IMG/VR virus record: IMGVR_UViG_2684623011_000001
Location: 53,091-117,090 of that record
From: a virus
Lineage: Duplodnaviria; Heunggongvirae; Uroviricota; Caudoviricetes
Reading direction: 5' to 3' (one strand)
Length of the DNA stretch: 64,000 nucleotides
In this document: positions 47,613 through 57,306 of the stretch, one piece after another
Position numbering within the stretch: position 1 is the first letter of the stretch
Layout: each line of letters starts with the position of its first letter
Position numbers and translations under genes: made by a program
Notes under the pieces: generated by a model
Databases searched by the model: none
Seen by the model: the letters and a program-made list of their open reading frames with translations, nothing else
What the model was told of the DNA's origin: nothing

Positions 47613-48231
47613 CTAATACCTTCTCCGTTTCTTTTTCTTTAATGATTTCGAATGTCATATTTTCCTTACGATCAACGAAATTGATAATCGCTAATTGGTT
47701 AGCGTCTAATTCGTCGAAATCAATCTCCACATCGTCATCTAATCCAGCTAATTCTTTTAATTCATCAGGAGCAACGAGATAAACAACATAATTACCATTA
47801 ATAGTAATAGTTGTGATTTCTAAGTTCTCGTTATTCGCCTTTTTAAGAATAGGTTTTAGTTGATCTAGTAAGTATGCATTTACATCGTAGTCAATTTCAT
47901 TAATTGTACTTTTGGATGATTCAGACTTATGTTTATCTTCTTCGTTTGTTTCTGACGCTATTTTTTTCACAACAGGCTCAGTTGCCGTAGGATTTTCACT
48001 GTTATCTGATTGTTGGATCTGATCAAAATCAGCTTCGATTATTTCTAAACCAGTTCCTTGTAAAGCCTTTTTTATTTTTGAATATTGATCTTGAGCAATT
48101 GCATTTACTAATTCAGCATCATTATCAATACCTAAATATGCTTTTACACCGGGGATATTCTTTGGTGATAGTAGCTTTGTTAGCTCCAAGCCAATGCCCA
48201 ATCTAATCATATGTGTATATTGTTTAGCCAA
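47599..48231 (-). CDS. hypothetical protein
   Basis: 210-aa ORF. Confidence 0.5.
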   Translation of the reverse strand: MAKQYTHMIRLGIGLELTKLLSPKNIPGVKAYLGIDNDAELVNAIAQDQYSKIKKALQGTGLEIIEADFDQIQQSDNSENPTATEPVVKKIASETNEEDKHKSESSKSTINEIDYDVNAYLLDQLKPILKKANNENLEITTITINGNYVVYLVAPDELKELAGLDDDVEIDFDELDANQLAIINFVDRKENMTFEIIKEKETEKVLDGKN

Positions 48232-48799
48232 CTAATTTCCACCACTTTTCTACTTGTTCACGCGTTTCTTCAATGCTGCGTGAATTATCGATGATATAAA
48301 TATTATTAAAAATTCCCGAATCATTTACTTTGTAAAGTGAGCAATCGCCAACTCTCGTGGCCGGCAATTCTTGAATAAAATTCATTTGTGTCTCAATGTT
48401 TCGTTTTAAATCCCGTTCATTAAAAGATCCATCTCTTGCTTTTAATCGGTTACGAGTAATTTCTGGATCTGTATATACGTAAAGTGGCAAAAAATCTCTT
48501 TCAACAACATAATGAGAATATTCTAGTAATTTACGTATATCAGGTACGATAGTTGGTCCATGCATAGTCCTATCGGTGAGATCCATCCATACATTTTCTC
48601 CAAAAATATCTCGCATGGATTCACCAACAGCTTGTAATTCGTTCCGTTGAGGGTTGGAACTTAATTTATTACAAATTTTATGTATTTCTTGCGCCAAACT
48701 GATTTTTTGATAATCAATTCCTGTAATATCTGTAATTATATCTGCAACAGTATCTTTTCCAGCGCCACCGCTGGAGCCCATAATAGCAATATTTTTCAT
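48224..48799 (-). CDS. P-loop nucleotide/nucleoside monophosphate kinase-like
   Basis: Walker A MGSSGGAGKDT at the N-terminus. 191 aa. Confidence 0.45.
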   Translation of the reverse strand: MKNIAIMGSSGGAGKDTVADIITDITGIDYQKISLAQEIHKICNKLSSNPQRNELQAVGESMRDIFGENVWMDLTDRTMHGPTIVPDIRKLLEYSHYVVERDFLPLYVYTDPEITRNRLKARDGSFNERDLKRNIETQMNFIQELPATRVGDCSLYKVNDSGIFNNIYIIDNSRSIEETREQVEKWWKLVG

Positions 48800-48933
48800 T
48801 GCGTCCTCCTTCTTCTGTTGTTTACTAAATTAATATATATTTTTCTTTATCGAAAGTCTATTATTTGACTAAAAAGACATTTAAAGAAAAAAGAGCCCCT
48901 TCGGACTCTCTTCACAATTATTTAATTTTCATC

Positions 48934-50163
48934 TTATACAGTAACGTATTCTGTATACTTCTTATATAGATTAGTCATTTGACGTCTTCTCTTAGCAATG
49001 CCCGAATTACCCTTATAATCCATTATATTTTGGCTATCCATTGGAATCACACCATATTCTCGGAAACACTTATCTATCGCTCGTATGATCGCTATTTTAT
49101 CCGCATTAGCGTTTAACTCTCGTTTTAATTGATTGGCAATATAGTAAACCTCACCACTTCGTCTAATCATATTATAAGTTGGCTTCTTGCCCAATATGTT
49201 ATCTACCTGGCGCATTCTCTTATTAAGGAGAGCCCAAGTTTTGAGAGGTTGTTTTTTCTCCTGTTCGGTTAATTTAGGAGACTCATTTCGGAACACATAA
49301 TCATTTTCAGAGGCACCTTTACACAATCTTCCAATATATCTAGCCTCATCTTCAGCAAGATATATTGTTCTAGGCATATCACCATTTATTGTAATTTGAT
49401 TACCTTTAATATCTCCAACTTTTAACGTTGAAATTTCTTTATTATATTTATTTTCTCGTAATCCTCTAAAGATTAAGACAAAAATAGCTCCAATAGACGC
49501 TGGTTTTCTTTCCATAACCTCTTGGACATCATCTATTGTAACAAAAGGAATTTCTCCATTCGCCAAGGCGGTATTACCATACTCTTGTGTAGCATAATTT
49601 TTTGTCGTCTTTAGAAAAATGTTAATGAATGTTTCATCATAAACTTTTTTACTTTCTGGTAAATATTCTCCAGCGAATTCATGTAATTCTTTTACTAGTC
49701 GCGAAAGCAGATATATTCTGTTATTTGCTGTATATACAGATGATCCTTGTTCTATTTGATTTTTAGCAAAACTAATTATGTCATCTTGATTAAAATTACG
49801 GAACGCTTTATCTATCGATTTCTCTTCTTTAGAGACAATGTTCATGGTTGTCTTGAAAGAAAGTACCGTTGAAAATGGTATTTCTTGCTTTACACAATAA
49901 AATAAGAGTGCTGTTTTCAAATTGTCTTCATATTCAAATTCAGTATTTAATATTTCAGATTTCTCAGTATCAAAAATATTAATCGAAAAGTCCTCATTAA
50001 ACGTATCATTGTTATTTAGCACATTTTTAAAAATAATTTTCTCATCTTGTTCTTCAGAAATAATTTTTTCAGAAGTTAAATCAATGAAATCATTCCCTAT
50101 TAACGCTGTGGTTTTTCTCGATATATTATCTACTTTTTTTTCAATTTCCAATACATATCTCAT
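48934..50163 (-). CDS. tyrosine recombinase (divergent)
   Basis: Box I-like IGAIFVLIFRGLRENKYNKEISTLKVGDI. C-terminal NMIRRSGEVYYIANQL region. Confidence 0.5.
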   Translation of the reverse strand: MRYVLEIEKKVDNISRKTTALIGNDFIDLTSEKIISEEQDEKIIFKNVLNNNDTFNEDFSINIFDTEKSEILNTEFEYEDNLKTALLFYCVKQEIPFSTVLSFKTTMNIVSKEEKSIDKAFRNFNQDDIISFAKNQIEQGSSVYTANNRIYLLSRLVKELHEFAGEYLPESKKVYDETFINIFLKTTKNYATQEYGNTALANGEIPFVTIDDVQEVMERKPASIGAIFVLIFRGLRENKYNKEISTLKVGDIKGNQITINGDMPRTIYLAEDEARYIGRLCKGASENDYVFRNESPKLTEQEKKQPLKTWALLNKRMRQVDNILGKKPTYNMIRRSGEVYYIANQLKRELNANADKIAIIRAIDKCFREYGVIPMDSQNIMDYKGNSGIAKRRRQMTNLYKKYTEYVTV

Positions 50164-50259
50164 TTTACCAAAACCTCTATTTTTCTTACCTAACTTACAT
50201 CGCTGATTATAACAGCAAAAACAGTAAAAACATAGGCTTTTTGTTAAATTTAAAGATAA

Positions 50260-51312
50260 TTAAAAAGTTAAATGAAATTTACTTCCTGTTCTCATAATCG
50301 TATTTTCAATTTCTGGTTGAGAGTGGATAATCATCAATAGTTGTTCTTTTGATAAGTCGTCTATCTTGTCAGCGTCAAAATTCTCTGTTAAGATTGCTGT
50401 TCCCATATGATTAGGATCTTCTTGTTGATGAATATAATTTTCAGTTGTGCTTACACTTTCGTGATCACAAAAATCACGTACCAATAAAATGTCTTTTGTT
50501 TGAGCATATAGAGTCGTAGCAGCCCCCGCTTTTAGTGAGTGAATGACTAGGTGACGTCCCTTCTTTTCACTAAATTGTTTAAAGAAACTTCTTAGGCTAT
50601 GTTGGCTCAATTCATCAAATAATTTTTCATCTTTATTATTTCGATAAAAAATTCTATGCAGCTTATCATAATAAGCTCTAGTTAAGTACTTAGTATTTAA
50701 CTTTGATCCTTTATCAAGAACTTCTAATTGCGCCCAATCTCCACCATACGGAGAATTCATTAAAGTGAAATCACTCCAAGTAATGTTAAAAGTTGCGGTA
50801 ACACGAATTCCTGTTTTGTACATAAAATCAATTAACATGGCATACTTTTCTCCAGCGTTATCCACTTTTGTATTGAAATAATTTTTACCCTTTAACCATT
50901 CCTCCATTTCATTTAAGTCCGTCAGCGAAATGGGTTCATAATGTTCTACATTATTCATGCCCAAACTTTGAACCTTAAAAACATCATTAGAGATTGAACT
51001 CATGTTTAACCCCGGAAAAATTTTCTCTTTACGAATAATGTTTAAGTACGACCGCATAGCAATAAGGTGCGATTTAATAGTAGAATCCTTAATGTCTTTA
51101 TCTCGTAGCGGCTTAACAAATTTATTAATTGTGTCACTATATCGTAAATTCTCAAAATCATCTCTTGTCAGTTCATCTGGTTTTTTACCAAAAACCAGAT
51201 CGCAATATATCTCCACAGAACCAGTATATTTCTTTAACGTATTTGGTGAATTAATAGAATTTTTCCACGTTAAATATGCAACTAATATGTCTTTCATATT
51301 TGAGACCTCCAT
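50260..51312 (-). CDS. tyrosine recombinase / integrase family
   Basis: N-terminal SAM-like core-binding domain. TGIRVTA (R). HSLKAGAATTLY. Signature DHESVSTTENYIH. Confidence 0.7.
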   Translation of the reverse strand: MEVSNMKDILVAYLTWKNSINSPNTLKKYTGSVEIYCDLVFGKKPDELTRDDFENLRYSDTINKFVKPLRDKDIKDSTIKSHLIAMRSYLNIIRKEKIFPGLNMSSISNDVFKVQSLGMNNVEHYEPISLTDLNEMEEWLKGKNYFNTKVDNAGEKYAMLIDFMYKTGIRVTATFNITWSDFTLMNSPYGGDWAQLEVLDKGSKLNTKYLTRAYYDKLHRIFYRNNKDEKLFDELSQHSLRSFFKQFSEKKGRHLVIHSLKAGAATTLYAQTKDILLVRDFCDHESVSTTENYIHQQEDPNHMGTAILTENFDADKIDDLSKEQLLMIIHSQPEIENTIMRTGSKFHLTF

Positions 51313-51441
51313 TATTTTTGCAAATACAAATTTTATAAAGTATAGTTTGCTCTGGGAGATTTAATTTGTTCCATAAAATAGGTATTTCAGAGATATTGAA
51401 TTTGACTTATTTTTAATAAGATTATATAAAATGAGTATACT

Positions 51442-51477
51442 AAAAAACGGAGCCATGTAATATAGCTCCGTTTTTTA
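51442..51477. terminator. bidirectional intrinsic terminator (cggagc ... gctccg flanked by A6 and T6)
   Basis: Read directly from the sequence. Confidence 0.6.
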
Positions 51478-51528
51478 GTGTTTATTCTATAAATATTTTA
51501 ATGGTACTTTATAAAATTTGTATTTTAT

Positions 51529-52125
51529 TTAGTTGATTCTTCCGTTTACTATCTCGTCTAATTTACGAATAGTTTTAGCATAATTTTTTATGTGTAAATC
51601 ATCTCTCTCAGGCCTATATGGTCCCACTATTGTTTTTAGATCATAACGATCTCCTTCATTGGTGGTTACTATTACCCCTAAAGAATCAATCGAATTATTT
51701 TGACCACTACCAGATATCGCTCCAATAATTCCTCCGATTGGTCCAGCAATAACGCCACCTAATAGCGCTCTACCAATAACATTTTTATTTTCACCATGTT
51801 CATACTTATATGGATCATATGATTTGATATCTGTATAAGGAATGTCTGCCCCTGTTAACCTTCCTCCACTGACTTCTTTCTCCACAACTAAATAAGGGTC
51901 TTTACCCGATAGCCAATATTGACCATATTTTTTATTCCCTGCACTTATGGTATCCGAATTCCATTTTGCTCTTTGCTTTAATTCTTCATGGAAATCCCAA
52001 CCAGTTTTACTGTAATCTGGTTCCTCCGGTGCTTCTTTGTCATGATGAGAATCACTTTGTATTTTAATTATCGCCCCAGCAACTATTAATACCCATAAAA
52101 CAATAAATGTAATAATGTATGCCAT
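51529..52125 (-). CDS. membrane-anchored hypothetical protein
   Basis: N-terminal transmembrane helix followed by a soluble domain. Confidence 0.5.
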   Translation of the reverse strand: MAYIITFIVLWVLIVAGAIIKIQSDSHHDKEAPEEPDYSKTGWDFHEELKQRAKWNSDTISAGNKKYGQYWLSGKDPYLVVEKEVSGGRLTGADIPYTDIKSYDPYKYEHGENKNVIGRALLGGVIAGPIGGIIGAISGSGQNNSIDSLGVIVTTNEGDRYDLKTIVGPYRPERDDLHIKNYAKTIRKLDEIVNGRIN

Positions 52126-52137
52126 AATTTTACCCCC

Positions 52138-52431
52138 CTATGATAACTTTAGCTCGTACACTGTTCCGTTAATTTTCTCTAAATAAGCAGTAGCTTTTTT
52201 TATTTTCTCTGTATAATCTAAGTTTTCATCTAGGAACATATCCATATCAGAAACATCACAGCCACATTCATTATCACTAAAGCCACGCAAAGCCATATGG
52301 AATTTCAAATCCTCTTCAGCTAATTTTAGGATTTCAGAAGCAAGCACTATATGATTACTCACAATGTCATCGAATCTATTATCATTAAAATATTCATAGA
52401 ATTGTGTCGTAGGTTTTACTATAATCTCCAT
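52138..52431 (-). CDS. hypothetical protein
   Basis: 97-aa ORF. Confidence 0.5.
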   Translation of the reverse strand: MEIIVKPTTQFYEYFNDNRFDDIVSNHIVLASEILKLAEEDLKFHMALRGFSDNECGCDVSDMDMFLDENLDYTEKIKKATAYLEKINGTVYELKLS

Positions 52432-52548
52432 AATATAAATATCCTCCTAAACATACAAAAATGGTCAATCAGCGTAGCTAATTGCGTCGATTGACCATTT
52501 AGTTTTAAAACTTCTTTATTTTACCAAAAATTTCTTCTGACGAAAACG

Positions 52549-52896
52549 CTATACACAAAAATCATTAATGACTCGGCCGATTTGACGTTTTACCTTATCA
52601 AAATCTTCTAGTCGCAATCTTTCCATTGGTAACGACCTAGCTCTCTCTTGAGAGTAACAATGAATCTGTGTTGCATTAACTCGACCATATATATTTTTAT
52701 AACCATTCAAATTAACATAACCATTAAAACAAGTTCCACCTGATGTAATTGGTACAACCATCAAATAGTTAGTATTTCGATTGTATCGATCGTTAGAAAT
52801 AATTACCGCTGGGTGGATCCCTTCCATTTCTGTGTCAACAGCAGGACTAAAGTCCAAATAAATAATATCTCCTTGCTTGTAATGTACTTTACTCAT
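52549..52896 (-). CDS. MazF/PemK-family endoribonuclease toxin
   Basis: GDIIYLDFSPAVDTEMEGIHPAVIIS...VVPITS aligns with MazF GDLIWVDFDPTKGSEQAGHRPAVVLS...CVPCTT. Confidence 0.8.
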   Translation of the reverse strand: MSKVHYKQGDIIYLDFSPAVDTEMEGIHPAVIISNDRYNRNTNYLMVVPITSGGTCFNGYVNLNGYKNIYGRVNATQIHCYSQERARSLPMERLRLEDFDKVKRQIGRVINDFCV

Positions 52897-52898
52897 AA

Positions 52899-53041
52899 CT
52901 TTTCCTCCATAATCTAAAAAGACGATCGTTTTGCATGACGACCGCCTTTTTTCTTTTCTTGTTTATCAATTTTTCGTTTCTCTGTAATACTACCAATCAA
53001 CGCTACAAATAGTACCACTGTATCGAATATAATGAATCTCA
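52899..53041 (-). CDS. small hydrophobic peptide upstream of mazF-like gene
   Basis: MRFIIFDTVVLFVALIGSITEKRK... Not in the track. Unlike MazE. Confidence 0.25.
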
Positions 53042-53047
53042 TTTTCT

Positions 53048-53398
53048 CTAAATCCTTCCCATTAATTCCAAAACACCTTGTCTAAATTTATTAAAAAACT
53101 TTCTATCCTTATAAGTTAATTCCATTGGTGATGTGTCTACTCCACAGCCACCTGACATGAACTTAGTTAATAAATCTCTTCGTATTTCATAGATTGCTTC
53201 ACTTCTATCAAGTCCATCCGTTAAAAAATCTAGCCATTCTACTCGACATGGAACAGCTCTAATTGCTCCGTTTGGTGCAACTATTACCATATATTCCAAA
53301 CCATTGTTATCATGAGCAAATTGTCCTCGTACACCCAATTCATTACACATAATCTCGAAAAAATTATATTCTTCTTGAATTAATCTTCCTCTATTCAT
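53048..53398 (-). CDS. hypothetical protein
   Basis: 116-aa ORF. Confidence 0.5.
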   Translation of the reverse strand: MNRGRLIQEEYNFFEIMCNELGVRGQFAHDNNGLEYMVIVAPNGAIRAVPCRVEWLDFLTDGLDRSEAIYEIRRDLLTKFMSGGCGVDTSPMELTYKDRKFFNKFRQGVLELMGRI

Positions 53399-53410
53399 AA
53401 ATTTCTCCTC

Positions 53411-53593
53411 CTACATTAATAAATCTGCAATTGCTACCAAAAAGCAAGCTAACAATAACCCTACCTTTACAAAATTAAAGGCAAAGCCTAATTCTTCACC
53501 GATCCGATTAATTAAATTCATAATATATTTCCTCCTAAATAATAAAGACTTCATTTGAATGCTGCCTAGTTTTCTCGCTAAACATAATTCCAA
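53411..53593 (-). CDS. small membrane protein
   Basis: 60 aa. Confidence 0.4.
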   Translation of the reverse strand: MELCLARKLGSIQMKSLLFRRKYIMNLINRIGEELGFAFNFVKVGLLLACFLVAIADLLM

Positions 53594-53634
53594 TGAAGTC
53601 TTTTAACTTCTATTAAAATTTCTTTTCCCACATG

Positions 53635-54018
53635 CTAGTTCAAAAAATCTTTAACGTTAATTCCAACGGTCGTATTATCTTTCCAATCGCCATTTTCGTC
53701 AAAGAATTTTTCTTGGGTGTGCTTTACATATTCAACGACTCCATTCCAAATTTCGCCGTCTGGATCATTTTCACTTGCTGCAAAGTTTACAACTTTTGCA
53801 TAAGCAAGACGCACCGCATTATTATAAGTCAACAATTTTTCTTCTACATCATCAACATGACCATTAACCTTATAATCCACCCAATGTTCTACTTCCGTGT
53901 TGGCTTCTGGGGCACTGTAATAAATCAAACCATTCTTGTTACTGAAATCTGTTATCTTTTTCTTGCTATCGTCAACAATTACTTCTTGCCTTGTTAGTAA
54001 ATCGGTTACTTTAATCAT
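53635..54018 (-). CDS. hypothetical protein
   Basis: The 127-aa minus-strand ORF looks coding. The overlapping plus-strand ORF is low-complexity. Confidence 0.55.
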   Translation of the reverse strand: MIKVTDLLTRQEVIVDDSKKKITDFSNKNGLIYYSAPEANTEVEHWVDYKVNGHVDDVEEKLLTYNNAVRLAYAKVVNFAASENDPDGEIWNGVVEYVKHTQEKFFDENGDWKDNTTVGINVKDFLN

Positions 54019-54106
54019 AATGCTTCCTCCGTTTATTCGTTACTACCAATATTTTACCAAACTCAAAATTGCTATGAAAATTTCTTTTCTAAAAGACGTG
54101 TTTTAC

Positions 54107-54436
54107 CTATGACATCTCATAACGATCACGTACAAATCTAATTAACGCCTCAATATCTCGAAGTGATAATTCACCGACAAACTTAAATTTGATTTCTTCT
54201 TTTGATAACTTAGCAATGTTTCCAACATCTACATATGACTGTTTGATAAGTCCTTCTTGATGCCAGTCTTTAAGTGGAAAATAATTTCGTTTAATTTTCT
54301 CTGATTTCCGAGAAAACTTACTCGTTATCTTATAACAAAAAACATTATTTCCCCTATCTTCTATTATTAAAACAGGGCGCCGTTTGCCACTGACACCCCA
54401 TGACACATAAGCCGTGTATATTTCATTAATCCTCAT
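54107..54436 (-). CDS. MazF/PemK/EndoA-like toxin
   Basis: YVSWGVSGKRRPVLIIEDRGNNVFCYKITSK pattern. Start set at MRINEIY, overlapping the antitoxin stop. Confidence 0.65.
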   Translation of the reverse strand: MRINEIYTAYVSWGVSGKRRPVLIIEDRGNNVFCYKITSKFSRKSEKIKRNYFPLKDWHQEGLIKQSYVDVGNIAKLSKEEIKFKFVGELSLRDIEALIRFVRDRYEMS

Positions 54437-54686
54437 TGAAAAATTCCTCAAAATCTTCTTTTGACTTAATCTCTCGAATTGGTACCTTCTTTGATACTTC
54501 TCTTAGCTCAAGCTCCGCTCTTTGTTTGGGCGTTAAGGAAAAGCTAAGTGGAATTCTTCCTGTAGCAACAATTTCTTTATACATTCCATTTATTACAGCC
54601 GTTGGTGTTAAACCAATCTCTTTGATAATATCCTCGGCTGAATGTTTTAACTCTGAATCAATATTAACTTGAACTTTTGAACTCAT
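54426..54686 (-). CDS. DinJ/RelB-family antitoxin
   Basis: VQVNIDSELKHSAEDIIKEIGLTPTAVINGMYKEIVATGRIPLSF matches the DinJ N-terminal region. ATG after a GAGGTG RBS. Confidence 0.75.
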   Translation of the reverse strand: MSSKVQVNIDSELKHSAEDIIKEIGLTPTAVINGMYKEIVATGRIPLSFSLTPKQRAELELREVSKKVPIREIKSKEDFEEFFNED

Positions 54687-54874
54687 TATAATCACCTCAT
54701 AATCATGATATAATAAAATATGATTATATTCAACTTCTATATCATTTTATATCCTTTCTAAAATACGTGTTTACAAATTCTTGAGCGCATCTATTAATTC
54801 TGCATCTTCTTCAAAGATTTTATCTATCATTTCTTGTGTTGCCGGTTCCACGATTTTTCACCTTTTCTTTCTAC

Positions 54875-55057
54875 TCATGGTTCATTCCAAACCCTATCAA
54901 AATCTTCCTCTTCATCATTTTCTCGCTTTTTAATTTGTTCAGCTACGCCCTGATTAACAAGAAGAAGTGTTTCTTTAACAGCTTTTCGACCTATTGAATT
55001 ATCACTATAAGTCGATTTCTTTTTCAAATTCTTTCTTGTCCATTGAATCATTATCAT
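54875..55057 (-). CDS. hypothetical small protein
   Basis: Overlaps the upstream gene by about 50 nt in another frame. Confidence 0.3.
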   Translation of the reverse strand: MIMIQWTRKNLKKKSTYSDNSIGRKAVKETLLLVNQGVAEQIKKRENDEEEDFDRVWNEP

Positions 55058-55214
55058 CTTCCGCCTCTTCAATTAACTCGTCCATTGCAATGGACATTTT
55101 CTTCTTCATTTTCTCAAATTTGCTAGTAAGCTGCTCACCCTTATATCCTTGTTCTATCAAATCTTTTCTAATATCCTCGTCAAAATTAAAAAAATCATCA
55201 TTATTGTTTCTCAT
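55005..55214 (-). CDS. acidic small protein
   Basis: AGGTGA RBS. Confidence 0.5.
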   Translation of the reverse strand: MRNNNDDFFNFDEDIRKDLIEQGYKGEQLTSKFEKMKKKMSIAMDELIEEAEDDNDSMDKKEFEKEIDL

Positions 55215-55263
55215 GTTATCACCTAAGATTATTATCTCACCAGCCCTATATCATAAATAATTT

Positions 55264-55563
55264 TTACCAGTTAAGTTCTTCCCAAGTGGACCAATCATCG
55301 TAGTAATCAACAGTTCCGTCAACGTAATTGTCGATTTCCTTATCTTCACCGCCGTTTTCCCAATAATTATCAAATTGTTCTTCAGTCCAATTTAAGTCAT
55401 ACATATAATAATCAATAGCGGAGTCGTACACTACCCCTGATAAACCAGTTTCAGCAATAACAAGTTCTTTTTCTTCTTTACCACGTTGCATTGTCAAAAT
55501 GGCCTCGCCATAAGTTGTTTCCACAAGACTTACTAATTCTGTACGTAATTTTGTTTTTATCAT
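55264..55563 (-). CDS. small early protein
   Basis: Start at the ATG after the shared GGAGGAAATTATC cassette. Confidence 0.5.
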   Translation of the reverse strand: MIKTKLRTELVSLVETTYGEAILTMQRGKEEKELVIAETGLSGVVYDSAIDYYMYDLNWTEEQFDNYWENGGEDKEIDNYVDGTVDYYDDWSTWEELNW

Positions 55564-55590
55564 GATAATTTCCTCCAATTCTTACCTTTT
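55561..55590 (-). repeat. repeated 5'-UTR/RBS cassette (copy 1 of 3: ATAATTTCCTCCAATTCTTACCTTTT)
   Basis: Near-identical copies at 55827-55856 and 56108-56137. Confidence 0.7.
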
Positions 55591-55607
55591 GTAAAGGCGT
55601 GTTTTGT

Positions 55608-55829
55608 CTAATAGTGAAAACAATATAATTGCTTATTAGTTAATTCGTGACCATAAGCAAAAGCATCGTAAGTTTCTTCAGGGACAATTGGTTCTTCATC
55701 ATAGACAAACAATTGTAAATCTGCATCTCCATTTTCATGTTCGTCGTACCAATCGACGGCTTCCACCTCATCATTTGATGCAAATAATTCATTGCCTAGC
55801 CAATCACAAACTGAATAATACTTTCTCAT
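55608..55829 (-). CDS. small early protein
   Basis: Same RBS cassette as 55264-55563. Confidence 0.5.
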   Translation of the reverse strand: MRKYYSVCDWLGNELFASNDEVEAVDWYDEHENGDADLQLFVYDEEPIVPEETYDAFAYGHELTNKQLYCFHY

Positions 55830-55870
55830 AATAATTTCCTCCAATTCTTACCTTTTCTAAAATATCTCTT

Positions 55871-56110
55871 TTACCATACAACCTTACTGAATACTTCAAT
55901 AATTCTTGGCTGTTCACCATCGTCTTGCATTCTCCATGAGTTTTCATCATCTTGGATTACTCTATCGTATAGATTTTGACCTTCCTTGATAGTATCTTGA
56001 ACATATTTCAAAGCCTTTTCATAAGTGCTAAATAGCATCGTATCAAAGATAAGCTCTTCCATATCACGATCTAATACCATATAACAAGTCTTTTCTTTTA
56101 AATTCTTCAT
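55871..56110 (-). CDS. small early protein
   Basis: Same RBS cassette as 55264-55563. Confidence 0.5.
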   Translation of the reverse strand: MKNLKEKTCYMVLDRDMEELIFDTMLFSTYEKALKYVQDTIKEGQNLYDRVIQDDENSWRMQDDGEQPRIIEVFSKVVW

Positions 56111-56156
56111 TATAATTTCCTCCAATTCTTAACTTTTTCAAATGTATCCGTTTTAT

Positions 56157-56381
56157 CTAATGCAAATTGTTAAATAAGGTCATAACAGATTGCCAAATTT
56201 CTGCAATTTTCTCATCTTCGGTAACTGCTTCACTTTTACCTTTAATAACGTCACTAACCCAATCAAGGGTGCCTTCTAAGTCATCTAAATCATGTTGCGC
56301 TGAAAGCTCATCAGCTCTTGTATTAACGATTTCTTTTGCTTCTTGCATTAATTTTTCTTTTTGTCCTGCTAAATTTTCCAT
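56157..56381 (-). CDS. small early protein
   Basis: AGGAGAGTGAATAAAATG cassette. Confidence 0.5.
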   Translation of the reverse strand: MENLAGQKEKLMQEAKEIVNTRADELSAQHDLDDLEGTLDWVSDVIKGKSEAVTEDEKIAEIWQSVMTLFNNLH

Positions 56382-56449
56382 TTTATTCACTCTCCTAGAT
56401 TTGCTTTTAATAATTGATTTTTTCTCGGAAAATTTCTTTTGAGATAGAC

Positions 56450-56854
56450 CTATTTATCTGGAACATCAATACCATTGCAGTAGTAAAAATCTGCTGAAAA
56501 ATCATTGACGTAACTAGGGTCATCATCACCTAATAACCGAGTAATTTCCTCCGCATTCTGTTTATAAATTTTCTTTACTTGTTTAATAATTTTCTTAGGG
56601 TGTAACATTGATCTTAGTAACCATTGATCATATTTTTCATATGAATCCCAACAGCCAGTAATCTGTCCTGGCAAATTAATTAATTCTGTATTTACATCGT
56701 AAACCCAGTCCATTAATACATAACCAATAAAAGCATTCTTAATATTTTCTTCACGATCAAACCCGTTAAGTGATTTATCAATAAATTTTTCTGCTTTTGC
56801 GTCCCAAAATGCTTCATGTGCTTTTGCAAATAGTGACTTAGTTTGTGTTTCCAT
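56450..56854 (-). CDS. small early protein
   Basis: Same AGGAGAGTGAATAAAATG cassette. Confidence 0.5.
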   Translation of the reverse strand: METQTKSLFAKAHEAFWDAKAEKFIDKSLNGFDREENIKNAFIGYVLMDWVYDVNTELINLPGQITGCWDSYEKYDQWLLRSMLHPKKIIKQVKKIYKQNAEEITRLLGDDDPSYVNDFSADFYYCNGIDVPDK

Positions 56855-56882
56855 TTTATTCACTCTCCTGAATTATTTTTCC

Positions 56883-57098
56883 TTACACTTCTCGTTCGAA
56901 TAATTTCTTATATTTCCAACCATTAGCATCAAATTCAGCAATAACCTGCTCTGTATCATCACTGGTATATTCTGATTTCAAAAATTCTTTCCAATTGCCA
57001 ATTCCCCAACCAGCTAAAACCTTGATTAAACGCTTCTTGTTAAATAAGTAGGCTGCTTCTATGTCAGTTTCATAATTTCTTACAAACATTGGTTCCAT
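56883..57098 (-). CDS. small early protein (paralog of 57605-57814)
   Basis: WGIGNWKEFL / NGWKYKK motifs. GGTGTGGAG RBS. Confidence 0.5.
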   Translation of the reverse strand: MEPMFVRNYETDIEAAYLFNKKRLIKVLAGWGIGNWKEFLKSEYTSDDTEQVIAEFDANGWKYKKLFEREV

Positions 57099-57306
57099 TT
57101 TCTCCACACCCCTAAATTTATTTCTTAATATTAAATACGATGGAATTTTTCTCCATATCGTCCAAACCAACTAAGTATTGCCAATCTGGATTAATTTTCA
57201 CTACATTCATTGACTTATCAAAGTAACAATAATCGCCTTGACTTTCCTCAAACTTAATCATGTCTTTCCCATTCATCCAAATTGGCTCCATCTTACTCAG
57301 CCTCCT

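Noticed and set aside
53632-53997. Plus-strand 121-aa ORF
   Set aside because: It is a low-complexity F/I/N-rich translation antisense to a good minus-strand gene (53635-54018).
55264-56125. Apparent conserved MEEIIM N-termini on three small proteins
   Set aside because: This is an artefact. The track starts at a TTG inside the shared RBS (TTGGAGGAAATTATC-ATG). The real starts are the downstream ATGs. The conservation is at the DNA cassette level, not the protein level.
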